NCBI GenBank assembly: GCA_018398765.1
Contig: JAHBMJ010000126.1
Location: 1 to 55,675, forward strand
DNA from: Chromera velia
Taxonomy: Eukaryota
Direction of reading: 5' to 3'
Length of the DNA stretch: 55,675 nucleotides
Shown: positions 1-11,670 of the stretch, one piece after another
How positions within the stretch are numbered: the first letter of the stretch is position 1
Layout of the letters: every line of letters starts with the position of its first letter
Position numbers and translations under genes: made by a program
The notes under the pieces: model-generated
Databases searched by the model: none
Seen by the model: the letters and a program-made list of their open reading frames with translations, nothing else
Told to the model about the DNA's origin: nothing

Positions 1-31
<31 letters not shown>

Positions 32-179
32 ATGAAGAAAAGGAGGGAGAAGAAGAAAGAAACATATAGTCTGTCTGTCTGTCTATGATGAAGAAGATGA
101 GGGAAAGAGACCACATAGTCTGTCTGTTTTGTCTGTTGTGTTCATGAAGAAAAAGAGGGAGAAGAAGAAGAAACATATA

Positions 180-210
<31 letters not shown>

Positions 211-365
211 ATGAAGAAAAGGAGGGAGAAGAAGAAAGAAACATATAGTCTGTCTGTCTGTCTATGATGAAGAAGATGAGGGAAAGAGACCACATAGTCT
301 GTCTGTTTTGTCTGTTGTGTTCATGAAGAAAAAGAGGGAGAAGAAGAAACCATACAGTCTGTCTG
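1..365. repeat. Intronic compound minisatellite, ~179-bp unit present twice, built of ~55-60-bp subunits and (GTCT)n
   Basis: tcatgaagaaaaggagggagaagaagaaagaaacatatagtctg starts at 30 and again at 209, and the downstream sequence repeats almost identically. Confidence 0.9.
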
Positions 366-532
366 TTTGCGTGTATGTATGCATGGCTTTTTGGAAAAGA
401 GGAAAGTCTTCTGCCTACGTATCCGTCACATAGTCTGTTATGAGAGTGCCCGAAATTTGCGGGGCTGTCTAAAGTAGACATGCTTGTTACTGTTGTGCAA
501 TTCTTGCTGAAAATGATCGTTGTCCGTGCGTC

Positions 533-563
<31 letters not shown>

Positions 564-602
564 TGTGTGTGTGTGTGTGTATGTGTGTGTGTGTATCTGC
601 AG

Positions 603-773
603 GACCTGAAACCTCCCAAGGGCCCGGGCGTCTCTGTGTTGGTGCTGGAGAGTGTGGGTGAGATCCTCACTGCGAGCTCTGGGGCGATCACCCTCGAGAA
701 GGGGCAGGTTCTGCGGCTTCGGAAGGAGGACGTGGGGCCTCTTGTAGACGCGGGGAGAGTGAAGGTGGTGTAG
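603..773 (+). CDS. PSF1: Last coding exon of a GINS complex subunit, most like the Psf1/GINS1 C-terminal B-domain; the rest of the gene lies upstream of the window
   Basis: Acceptor tatctgcag ends at 602. The exon reads DLKPPKGPGVSVLVLESVGEILTASSGAITLEKGQVLRLRKEDVGPLVDAGRVKVV*. DxxPPK followed by a beta-rich LxKG...L...G tail matches Psf1 from memory; Sld5 has a related tail. Confidence 0.62.
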   Translation, partial: DLKPPKGPGVSVLVLESVGEILTASSGAITLEKGQVLRLRKEDVGPLVDAGRVKVV

Positions 774-1429
774 GTGTCATAGCTGGGAGGGAGATGACGC
801 GTTCACGGTTTGAAGTGCGAACAGGGGCTGGGGGTCAATCTCCTACACTGCTGTGGGAGAGGCTGCATGAGCTAAGGCCGAGCTAGGCGGAAAGTGACGA
901 CCAGTGCAAAAGAACAAAAGTCCGATTGAATCGTGTGATCTCCTGTAACACGCGACAATACGCAATGGATACGATTCTGTAATGGCCGAGTGAAAGAGGG
1001 CAAGACCTAGGGAAAGACGAACTCGCAAAATTGATGCATATACGTGCACATCCATTTCTGCAGACTGCAGTGCCTGCACAAGTTGTTGAGCAATCGCATG
1101 TGATAAATCCGATCTTCCCAACACTCCCTTGCATATCCTTGCATGTCCAAACTGGTATCAACTTGTGATCGGTCGATTCTTTACCCAGTCTCCCTACAGT
1201 GCGATCGGTCAATTTCAAAGCCATATAATCAAAAAATATTTTTATTCATAATTCATCACTTTCAAATTCCCATGATCAAGATATAATCACTAAATATATT
1301 TGGTGCATAACTAAAAGGAGATAAACGCGCTAAAAGTTTGTTTTCAGTGATGAAAACAAGGCTGGAACACTCAGTTAAAGCAATGTAGAAGCTTGGATAA
1401 AGTAACTCTAGGTTTGAGTAGAGACAAAC

Positions 1430-1590
1430 GGGGGGGCATTGACTTAAAGTTTGTTCCTAGCGTCTGGCCTATGCGTCTTTCGTCTCTTCCTTCTGTCCTG
1501 GTTACTGCTTTCGCTGCTAGCTCTCTCTCTCATGTATGCGACCTCATACTTGATGCTCCTCCGTCTGAATGCCTTCTTCGGCATTTGCTA
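1430..1590. mobile_element. Short interspersed insertion, copy 1, with a 13-bp target-site duplication
   Basis: agtagagacaaac at 1417-1429 and 1591-1603 flanks it. The first ~115 bp (G7-cattgacttaaag...) recur at 55070-55178. Confidence 0.75.
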
Positions 1591-1764
1591 AGTAGAGACA
1601 AACCAGATGTAAATGTGAAAGTATGTACCAGTGAAACTAGGTAGTAACCTAAGTTTTAAGTACAACATTTTAATATAACAAGCTGCATGTTGGTCATCTA
1701 CATGATCTGGTTCTATAGGTTCAAATCCCCTTTGCTTCATTTTGTTCTTAAAATTAAAAAAGTT

Positions 1765-2744
1765 GCATCGCTTTCTACCTCTGACCGCCTCCGAGGGCTT
1801 TCATCATAATTCAGATCATGAAACCAATGAGCTAGCCAATGAGTACATTGTACGTGATATCAATAAAATTAAAAGAGTTACATCGCTTTCTGCCTTTGAC
1901 CGCCTCCAGGGGCTTTCATCATGATTAAGATCATCAAACCAATGAGTACATTGTACGTGATCTGAGCACTGATCTCATCAGGCTCCACCCCCCTCTGCTT
2001 CATCTCATCAAACAGCCCTAGTGCTTTCTCCCACTGACTTCCTCCAGGAGCTTTCTCCATTGCACTAATTAGTCCATTATACGTGATCTCGCCACGCTCT
2101 AATGCCTTCGCATCATTTCCTGGAAGCTTTCTCGCCTTCTACCACTGCCTACCCTTTGGGGCTTTCTCAATTGCAGAGACTGGCGAGCTGCACGAGATCT
2201 CGTGTCATATTCTACAACAGGCATAGCACTTCCTCCCACTCACTGCCCCCGGGAGCCTCTGTATTACACGAGTCAGTACATAGCACGTGGACCCATTAGG
2301 CTTCACTCCTCTTTCCTGAAACACCTCCAGTGCTTTCTCCCACTGACTGCCCTCGGGGGCCTCCTCCATTGTTCTGATAAGTGAATCAACAGTGACCTTG
2401 TCAGGCCCCACCCCCTTTTGCTTCATCTCCTGAGACATCTCTAGCGCTTTCTCCCACTGTTTCTCGAAAACACCAATAAGGGCTTTGTATGTGACCAGAT
2501 CATGCTTCACGCCCTTCTTCTTCACGTCCGGAAACACGCTCAACGCCCCCCTCCAGTCTCTATTCTCACCTGCACTCCAGATGCATGAGGAATGTGTAGA
2601 ACCTGGGATGGAGACTTGTCGTCTGACTCGATCAAACCTCCACCTCTTTCCCCTTCTCCTTTCCTTAGAGGCTGACCATCTGTCTGCCCGTCTTTGAACC
2701 GCCCCCTGAGACATGCCCCTACCCATATCTATTGTCTGCGACAA
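1765..2744 (-). pseudogene. Degenerate pentatricopeptide-repeat (PPR) gene, frameshifted
   Basis: PPR motifs are spread over several frames: QWEKALGLFDEMKQRGVEPDEI..ITYNVLI, WRGALSVFPDVKKKGVKHDLVTYKALI, QWEKALEMSQEMKQKGVGPDKVTVDSLI. DNA-level tandem duplication at 1765-1860 and 1881-1960. Confidence 0.8.
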
Positions 2745-4232
2745 CCCCCCAGAAACCGGACAGATCCCTTCACCTTCCCCCCCCTCATGCTACCAACTCA
2801 TGTGGATAAGACGAGAGGCCGCCCCGTTGAGCTGGAACTGGGGCCGGGCGCAGGAGTGGCAGGCTTAGCCTATCAGGCAGGTGCACGCACTGGGAGTCCA
2901 TAGAAAGGGCAAAGCTTTGCGTTACTAAACAGTCGCTCGCCGCAGTCGCTGCAAAAAAGGGGTGCAACCCTTTCCCGTTGCCTCTCAGCGCCGGGCATTT
3001 GAGCCGGGGTCCTTGCGCGGCGCCATCTCTCTGTCTGGACCTCGGACTGAGAGGTTGCAGCGCAGCGCCGTCTTCCCGTCTCGATGATAGGAGCGCTGCT
3101 TTTCGGCTATTGCTTCTTGTGTCCCCCAGGACATCGCCCCTCCAACCTGCCTGTGACTGCTTCTGTGTTTCTCCAGGGGAGCGAACAGTCCCGCCCCCTG
3201 AGGCTCCTCTCTCCAGAGCCCTGTGGCGGGAGGAGGGAGTGCACGTGGGTGTGTGGGTGTGTGTGCGGGTGGGTTGCTAATTCTGTGAAGGTGCCCCCCC
3301 CGGTTTCCGTCCCTCTCATTCGGCTCCTCCCCCATCTCCGTCTCCATTTTCAGAACTAGAAATCGCCCTTCTCCTCCGATGACCTGAACTGCGGGTCTTC
3401 GGAAAGAGACCTGTCCTCCTCTCCCCAAAATAAAACTCCTGTCTTGCGGGACCCCCGTCTGCCCCCCCGTCTAAATCGTCTACGTCGATGGGGGTCTCAC
3501 TCCCTTTTTGCCTCGGAGACGGCTAGAAATTTCAGCCGTCTCCGTCTCCATCGATGAAGGAGGACAGTCGCAGCCTTGCAGATACTTCTGGCGGCGCCCA
3601 TTGTAGAGCTCGTGCAGAAAACAATGTTGGAGCTACGAAAGAGAAAACGGCTACACGCGTTGCCGAAGTCGGCAGATACACAGGCGTCGCCGGCCGCACA
3701 GTCTCTGAAAAGAAGACGAGACGGCAAAATAAGACAAATCGCATGCCCATCCCACGAAAGACGGTATGGAAGCTCTTTAATGACGTACTTACGGGCAGCT
3801 TCGGAAGCAATTCAAGAAAGCACCCGAAAGCGAAAAGGTTGGGTGGAAAGACACAGAGAGGACGGAGAAACGTCTTGCCACCTCTCGCTGCGCACCCACG
3901 CTAGAGTCGCGGTGTCAGACTGAACAACGATGAAGAAAAATTGACAGCAGCCGCTTTCAGATCCTCTGGATGAGTAACCACGTGACCGATTCTTCGAACA
4001 ACTCCCTGAAGCTGGGCAATCTGCCCCATCCGAGATTCTATTCAATCTGACACCAACATTCACCATCATTGAATGATCATTCACCAACTGTCACCAACGC
4101 CCTTGATAGAGCCGGTCATTATTTCGATTCGCGGGACCACGCGCACGCGCACTGCTTTTTTGCTTTCCGGGGCCTGACGTCCGGTTCGCGTGCGTCATCC
4201 GCGTGAATTCCGCGTGCGTCATCATGCCTGCA

Positions 4233-4672
4233 GGGGGGCTCGTACAAAATACCTTATGCAACGGCGTTGCATATGAGGGCTGGAGGGGGGGGGGNNNNNN
4301 NNNNNNNNNNNNNNNNNNNNNNNNNNNNNNNNNNNNNNNNNNNNNNNNNNNNNNNNNNNNNNNNNNNNNNNNNNNNNNNNNNNNNNNNNNNNNNNNNNNN
4401 NNNNNNNNNNNNNNNNNNNNNNNNNNNNNNNNNNNNNNNNNNNNNNNNNNNNNNNNNNNNNNNNNNNNNNNNNNNNNNNNNNNNNNNNNNNNNNNNNNNN
4501 NNNNNNNNNNNNNNNNNNNNNNNNNNNNNNNNNNNNNNNNNNNNNNNNNNNNNNNNNNNNNNNNNNNNNNNNNNNNNNNNNNNNNNNNNNNNNNNNNNNN
4601 NNNNNNNNNNNNNNNNNNNNNNNNNNNNNNNNNNNNNNCGCCGTTGCATAAAGTATTTTGTACGAGTCCCCC
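4233..4672. mobile_element. MITE-like element with TIRs of at least 34 bp; interior lost in an assembly gap
   Basis: ggggggctcgtacaaaataccttatgcaacggcg (4233-4266) is the reverse complement, with 2 mismatches, of cgccgttgcataaagtattttgtacgagtccccc (4639-4672). No clear TSD. Confidence 0.7.
4295..4638. other. Assembly gap (N run)
   Basis: Run of N following a poly-G tract. Confidence 1.
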
Positions 4673-4837
4673 AGTGATCTCAGGAAACTCTGCCAGGGAG
4701 TCTGCCTCGTCAAATCTGTTCATTTCCTCATTAAAAGCGTTTTTCTGCCTCGAAGCTTTCATCTGCTATCGGGCGATTTGCATTTCAGAGCTGAGTTCTG
4801 GAGAGTTCTTCCTTTCTTTTATTGATACAGTTGCAGA

Positions 4838-5791
4838 GTGAGTGAGACGGCATCGATCCATCACGTTGCCCCAATGTCGTCCAGCCCTCCGAAAGCAGAT
4901 CCTCCGAGTGAGGACTCGTCTGCGTTGAAGAGGAAAGCTCCTCCACAGCTGTTTGTTCCCTTTTCTCCCCAGCAGCCCACGTTGGCAGCCAAGAACTCTG
5001 CTGCTCCTGTGGCAGGCACCAGTCCTCTCCACCCCCTCACAAATTCTCCCAAAGTGCCGAAGGTTCAGATCCCCGACAAGTTCCCGGCGACACCCGTTGG
5101 CGGCAGCGCTGCCAACAGAGGGGGAATGGCGGCGAGTGCCTCCAGCAGGGCGATTCCGGTTCAGAGTGGACTGTCCGCCCAGCAACCTGTGTCGTCTCCC
5201 TTGCAGCCTTCTTCTTCTGCTTCCGCCAACTCCAACAAGGTGTTGAAGGTCGTTGCAGGCCACAAGCTTTGTGCTCACAACAGGAGGAGGTGGGAATGCA
5301 AAGATTGCAAGGACGGCGGGCACGGAAAGGGGATTTGCAGTCATGCGATCAGGCGTTCGACTTGCAGGGCGTGTGCTCCCGAAAAGTTTTGTCTGCACGG
5401 AAAGAGAAAGTACGACTGTCCTGAGTGTCCCGGAAAGGGCATTTGTGAGCTTCACGGAAACCGGAAGCGTGCCTGCAAGGACTGTGACAACGCAGGGAAG
5501 AAAGAGGATGAGAATGCAGAGAAGAAAGACGTGAAGAACGGAGAAAAGAAAGCCGCGGGGAAAGAAGTTAAGAAAGACAGCGAACCGGTGGGAGAGAAAG
5601 ACGCGGAAAAGAAGGATGCAGAATCCTCTGAAAAGAAAGATATGGAGAACAAAGGGAAGAAGGACGGCCAGAATGCTGCAGAGGAGAAGGTGGAGAATGC
5701 AGAAAAGAAAGATGAGACTGAAGCAAAGAAGGACTCTGCCGAAGCTGCCAGCAGCTCTGGAAAGAAAGAAAACGAGAAGGGGGGGAAGTAA
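4838..5791 (+). CDS. Protein with a Ser/Pro-rich N-terminus, four tandem C-x(1-2)-H-x6-C-x2-C putative zinc-binding repeats and a K/E-rich tail; start uncertain (exon after ttgcag at 4837, or ATG at 4874)
   Basis: CAHNRRRWECKDC, CSHAIRRSTCRAC, CLHGKRKYDCPEC and CELHGNRKRACKDC in a 317-codon open frame. Confidence 0.75.
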   Translation: MSETASIHHVAPMSSSPPKADPPSEDSSALKRKAPPQLFVPFSPQQPTLAAKNSAAPVAGTSPLHPLTNSPKVPKVQIPDKFPATPVGGSAANRGGMAASASSRAIPVQSGLSAQQPVSSPLQPSSSASANSNKVLKVVAGHKLCAHNRRRWECKDCKDGGHGKGICSHAIRRSTCRACAPEKFCLHGKRKYDCPECPGKGICELHGNRKRACKDCDNAGKKEDENAEKKDVKNGEKKAAGKEVKKDSEPVGEKDAEKKDAESSEKKDMENKGKKDGQNAAEEKVENAEKKDETEAKKDSAEAASSSGKKENEKGGK

Positions 5792-6664
5792 AAGGCGGGT
5801 TGGGATGAGACCCAGGACCAAGCAGATGAAGAGCCCAGAGGAGTCTGAGGGGCCCTGTCGACCTGCCCTCATATTTCTTTAGCTCGGCCGCTCAGCCAAT
5901 GTTCCCCCCTGCATGGCCAACAGCAGCCTCGCATGAGTCTGATGGGCATCTGTTGACGTCTTGACATCGTCACATAGAGAGCCTGCGTTCCTCCCCTGTG
6001 CATTGCTGCCCAACTTCTCGCAATTGTATGCAATTGTCTTGCAATTGCAGCCCTGCAGCACGTCCACTTCGGTCTCCCGACTCTTGTACAGCCTGACAAT
6101 CTTGCTGCATGCGTGGATGTTGTTTTCATGCGCTGTTTGAATCGTTTCTTACCCGCATTTAATTTTTGTATGTACGTGACCTTGTACGTGAATTATCCGC
6201 ACCCACGCACGTCGCACTTGCTTCAAAAATTGGTTGATGCATTTAATTGAAATCGTTTCAGAAAAACTAGATCTTTAAAACTTAAAAAAAATTGTGTGTG
6301 TCCTAGTGCGTGCAGCGTGTTTAGCCGGAGATGTATGTAAAATCTAGTTATACGCAATCTATAGTATGCAACGGTGTAAATCGAGGCCCGGCAGTGGACC
6401 GCGGGGTGACCCGAAAGATAAATCCTAGGATAAATCCTATACTTACTTAATTGTGGTTAAGCCTAGGGTCTCTGAAACCAGAGACAAATGGCAACCCATG
6501 CATGCAGTTATAAACAAAAGGAGCAAACCACCGCAGCTTTGCCTGCTTCCGCATGAATATGAACAACCACGACCCTCCGCAGCCTAGGCTGAAGCTAAAG
6601 GTTGAACAACCACACAAGACGTGCGTGCACTCATTTTAGATAAGCTTTGAGCAGTGTACTTACA

Positions 6665-6898
6665 TCTTGGGCTCCCAGTCCGCAATGAATGAAACGAGCT
6701 CTCTTACATATGTCTCTTCTTCCCCGATACCTCTTCCCCCAGCTGCAGTAGTCCATCTTGCTCTGCAGACCCTTTCACCAATTCCTGTTTTCTTTTTCAC
6801 TCTCTCTGCCAGCAACTGAAGTTTGGACCTAAGCTGCTCTGTTCATACACATGCAGACAATCGATACACCGCATCGTCGATCACCTTTTTGCCTTCGA
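6665..6898 (-). pseudogene. Possible orphan or pseudo-exon of an unknown protein
   Basis: Bounded by a ctgcag acceptor and a gtaagt donor on the minus strand. Reads VEGKKVIDDAVYRLSACV*TEQLRSKLQLLAERVKKK...FIADWEPK with one in-frame TGA. Confidence 0.3.
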
Positions 6899-7487
6899 CT
6901 GCAGGACAGTGAATACAGTGTTCTTCACAGGATCTACCGTGTCTCTTTCCTCCACCAGCATATGCTCGAAGGAGAGAGGTAAAAAGAAAACTACCAGACA
7001 AGAGAGAGCGAGGCAGAGTACGCAATTGAACTGTGTAACCCCACCCTCTTCTAACCCTCCCCCCTAAAAGCAACATGGCCAGACGCTGGTGCGATCGGTT
7101 CTCTATCTGAAAATTACTCAGTCGGGAGTTGCGTAGATAGATGCCACATGAACGGGTGAGCCTATGTTCGCCGATGGGTCTTGAAGTCAACCATTCCGAC
7201 AACCATTCTGAGGCTTCCCTTTTCCTCACTTTCTGTCTGAGTGTCCATCTAGGTATCCATTTATTCGTTCCGTTTCTCCCTCTCTAGCTTTCTTTTCTCA
7301 AAAGATCTGGTGCGATTGTCTGAAGCATGCTACTGGCTGAATTGACCTATATAGCGGGGTCAGCGATCAGATTCTGTGCCATGCATCCCAGACTACCCGA
7401 GGAACCTCCTAATCAAATTCTAATCAAAGATGCAAATTCATGCAATATCAGAATCTTATGCCTTTATGCAGTATGCACGACTTTAAA

Positions 7488-7731
7488 CTAGGCGCCGGCT
7501 AGAGAAAAAAGAAAAAAAAAGATCTCCCAAAACCCTTTACTTTTTTTCTTTTTTTTTTTCTTGTATCAGTCAAACAACTGTTGTTCAAGTGTTGTACAAG
7601 TGTTGTTTGTATGTTGCACAACTGTTGCTAAGTGTTGTTCAGGGTTGAAAAGTAAAAAAAAAGAGAGAAAAAAAAAATTCTCCTCAAATCACTTATTTTT
7701 TTCCTTTTTTTTTTCTCTAGCCGGCGCCTAG
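7488..7731. mobile_element. 244-bp MITE with TIRs and an 8-bp TSD (TSD length typical of hAT, P or Merlin)
   Basis: TIRs ctaggcgccggctagagaaaaaa...ttttttctctagccggcgcctag. actttaaa is duplicated at 7480-7487 and 7732-7739. Core of gttg/caac repeats. Confidence 0.85.
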
Positions 7732-8502
7732 ACTTTAAATCGTACGTAAAGACAATTTCTTAGACAAATCGGTGGTAATTTTGCTTTTACACCAATTAAT
7801 TATTTTGTTTAAACTTTAAAATAAAAATCCTACTACATATCCTACAAAAAAAAATGGAAATAGTAGAGAAATTGATGGGAAATCCTGGAAAATCCTAATA
7901 AAATCCAAGAGAAATCCCAGAGAAATCCGTGGGAAATTTATGAGAAATCTGGGCTGCATTGGTAGCAATTTAATACTTATTAAAAGTCTTATTTCAGTAC
8001 GGTCTGCTACTGTTAGGGGGTCTGCATCGATGTGAATCATGTGATCGATCAATTCTATGCAGAAGCACCGTTGAAGCACGCTAAGCACGTACGTCCCCAT
8101 GGCCACACACGACCCGGCGCAATTCAGGAAATAAGCTCTCTAGATATCGCGCTTCCCTCCATCCCCCCCTGGCTCTTTTGGCAACCCCCTCGTGAGCTGC
8201 ATTATGCATCGATACTTTACTTCGTGGACGTGACGTAATTTCGGAACCAGGCCCATGCAGGCAGGCAACGTGCTGCCATCGATCGGTATCTGCCCAACCG
8301 ACGGCAACGCCCTGCACTGGGAAATGTGGATCGAGACATCCTCCCCTCTCCTCTCCTCTCTACCTGCACCCCTCTCCATCGCCCCCCCCCCTTGCCTCCC
8401 AGCCCGCCCCACTCTCTCAGAGGACGAGTCGGTCCATCCATCCATCAGTCGGGTCCATCAGAAAGGAGGGAGGGGCCTTCCGGGATTTCCTGTTCCTGTT
8501 GT

Positions 8503-8807
8503 TCATCTGCTCTTGCGGCTCTTTTTCTTCTTTTTCTTGCGGTCATCATCTCTGCAGGACAGGAACAAAAAAATACACAGAAGAGGAAATGAAGACAACG
8601 ACAAGACGGGAGGGAAAGTAAATAGAGACTCAAAGAGGCAGACAGCTGTAAGAAGACAGACAGACACACGAAGAGAGGCAGACAGCTGTAAGAAGACAGA
8701 CAGACACACGAAGAGAGAGAGACACCCGCCTGGTGGCGACTCTTCTTCGCCTTCCTTTCTGGGCACCCTTCCACCACTTGTCTCCTTTTCTCCATTCGTC
8801 TGTTCTT

Positions 8808-8843
<36 letters not shown>

Positions 8844-11670
8844 TCGAATCGGTGAGTCACTTCTTTCATTTCTTCTTTTGTCCTCCCTTCCTGTCTTTCC
8901 GGCGATCTGTCACCCATTCATTAATGCATTCAGCCAGCCAGCCAGTCTTTCCTTTCTTTTTTTTTCTTCGTCCTTTATGTCCCCCTTTTTTTCATTCGTG
9001 CTTCTTTCGTTCCTTCGTTTCTTCTTCCTTCCTTCGTTCCTTCTACTTTCGTTCTTTCATTTCTTCCTCTCTCTCTCTGTCTCTCTCTCTCTGTCTGTCT
9101 CTGTCTGTCTGTGTGTGTCTTCTCCCGTTTTCTTATTTCTTGCTTTCTCCCTCGATTCCTTTTTTTTCTTTTTGCTCCTTCCCTCTTTACCTCCCTTTTT
9201 TCGTCTGTGCTGGTGTAATTCATCCAATTTTTCTCTCTAAGCCCACCGCTTGCCTTCTACACTCTCCTTTAAAATGAAATGAAATGCGACTCTTGGAAAC
9301 ACCACAAGCTGGGAAGGAAGATAAAAAATAGGCAGGCACACTGCACTGCTTACCTTTTGCTGCTCTTTCCATGCTTCTTCTTCTTTTTCTTCTTGGAGGA
9401 GTCCTTGCGGACCTTCTTCGACTCTTTCTTCCTCTTTTCTTTTCGACGCCTCTCTTCTGCAATCAATCACGCAAGTCATGCATGCAGGCAGAAAGAATAC
9501 ATACAGAGATATACGAAACTGTGCATGGACATTATGCGCATCGTATGCGTGTTTGGACATTGACACGCTCATCAAGTAAATCGAGCGTCAATTCGGTGCC
9601 GAGCGCGGATTATCGAGTTTCGGAAATACGGGAGTAGAAAGAAAGAAAGAACGGAAGAAAGAACGAACGAACGAACGACAGACAAACTATATCGTCTTTT
9701 CTCCACTTCAGACTGATAGAGAGACATAATAACTGTAGATGAAGACAGAAGCATGCTATCGCATCGAATTCAGACAGTTATTTCAGGGATTCTGTAGACA
9801 CGCAGGGTTGAATGAACATGCTGTGTGTTCACCCTCCTTCTCTCCCAAAGTCAATGAGAGCAACAAAAAAAGAAAAACGGAGAAAGGAATGAAGCACAGA
9901 AGGAGATAAAAAGGAAAAGAAAGGAAAATTCACGCATTCTGAACACAAACGTGATACGAAAGAAAACAGAGCAAAACAGTCACTTACCGTCACTGCTGCT
10001 ATCGCTATCGCTGTCGCTGTCACTGCTGCTGTCGCTGCTCGAGGATGAAAGCGAAGCCCCAAGCGTCTGCACGCATACAGGTAGAGGGAGCAAAAACAGA
10101 GGAATGCGTGTGCGAAAAAAAAAATCCAATACAGAAAGAAGGCAAAGAGAGCTTCCTGGAATTGCACATCAGGTGAAGTAAACAGAGACAGAAGAAGGGA
10201 TGATGTCGGCAGTCGATGAATTTGCAAGGAAACATTAAAAGAAAAAAAAGGGGCGGGCGTCCTTGTAGTGCCACTAGAACATGCGGTGTTCTTTCAGATC
10301 TGTTTCCCCCTCTTCGAGCATTGGATGAAGGGAACACCACGACCCCTACCACAAACCAATCTTGATTCTGTCCTGCATTGACCTAAACGGGTGCGATGCC
10401 TTTCCTCCCCCTTTCTCTCTCGCATCTCCTCACGGTCCAACAAACGAACCCCCAGAGTTTGAATCTTGGAAGGAAAACCTCCTCCAGTTTTCTTCTTCGC
10501 CTTCCTCTTGCATTTCGACGATGAGGCTCTCTGAGGACTCTACAGCGATACAAATGCGATCCAATCACACTTCTTCACGTGTACGTAGGTCTTCATTGCA
10601 GTCCTTCCATCGACTTCTCATCCATTCACACAGTCAGCGTCTCTCTCTGTCGCTCATCGACTTACCTCTTCCTCCTCATCTTCCGATTCTTCCACCAGTG
10701 CCGTCTGCTTCTCTTGGGATTCAGGATTCAGTTGGAAGTCGTTGCGGCACTGTTTCGTCAAATGACCCACTGCAAACAGAGAGAGAGAGAGAACAGAAAC
10801 AAAGCAACAGAAGAAAAGAAGAAGAAGTGAATGAGGAAGCGACCAAGTGCCAACACAAACCACGCAACACAGACGAACAGAGAGGCACGACCAAGGATGA
10901 TAGGGAGAAGACAACCACAGACAGGGGCCGACATAGGCAGACACAAACGCATGAATGACGGAGCGGATCTCAGGGTGACTCACCGTGTCCGCACTTTTTG
11001 CACGCCCCCGGTGTGTTCCTTCCAGAAGCTCCGGTGGCTCTGGCCAGTGCGAAGAGGCTTTTCGCCTTGTCTTCGTCACGCGGGGCGTCTGCTTGTGCAA
11101 CCCCCCCCTCTGGAGCGTATGGATCGTACCCGACAGACTTCTTCTGCAAAACAGATCAAAATAAAAGGAAAGAGGGACACAGTGTTCCCCAGACTGCATA
11201 GATGCACAGTGAGAGTTGGCGGGGAAAGTCCCCTCAGGCGAAAGGGGACCGCGGAAGCAATGCGAGTGCGAGGAATTACTCCGCAAATACCACCAAAGTC
11301 ACCCTTTTCTCCAGTCAAACAAACTTGAAGAGCAACAGGAAGAACAGCGGGATGGATGGAAAGGACCAATAAAGGAATACAGAAAGACCAAAGAAATCAG
11401 TCTCAGAGTGGCCTCTCACTCAGCCAACAGATTCATTTTGCGACAGAGTCTCTTGAGCGGCAAGCAGACAGGCGTGAAGGCGGGAAGGGCGGAGCGGATC
11501 AGGGCAGAAGAACGGTTCTATCGGAAGCAGGGCACACACACAGCACCCAACCTGTAATCCACCCATTCAAACAAGAAGTCACTCACCCATATTTCTGTTG
11601 TACGGAGGGAGTCGGACACGCTCATACGATTGTTCGCAGGCATGCGAACTCTCCCCGCTGTTGCCGGCAT
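8503..11670 (-). CDS. CXIP4: CAX-interacting protein 4 (CXIP4)-like / SREK1IP1-family zinc-knuckle protein; exons 11670-11587, 11143-10984, 10769-10666, 10066-9988, 9456-9354, 8551-8503
   Basis: Spliced product MPATAGRVRMPANNRMSVSDSLRTTEIW|KKSVGYDPYAP...GACKKCGH|VGHLTKQCRN... then Ser/Asp-rich and Lys-rich tail ending SRKSR*. All introns are GT-AG and phase-consistent. The N-terminus and GYDPYAP match plant CXIP4. Confidence 0.9.

Noticed and set aside
4091..4841. ORFs spanning the X runs
   Set aside because: Artefacts of the N gap.
8255..9277. 340-aa Phe/Ser-rich ORF that looks like a membrane protein
   Set aside because: Antisense to CXIP4 introns and made of pyrimidine microsatellites.
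10468..10539. Possible extra CXIP4 exon
   Set aside because: Weak donor and phase mismatch; the gene splices in frame without it.
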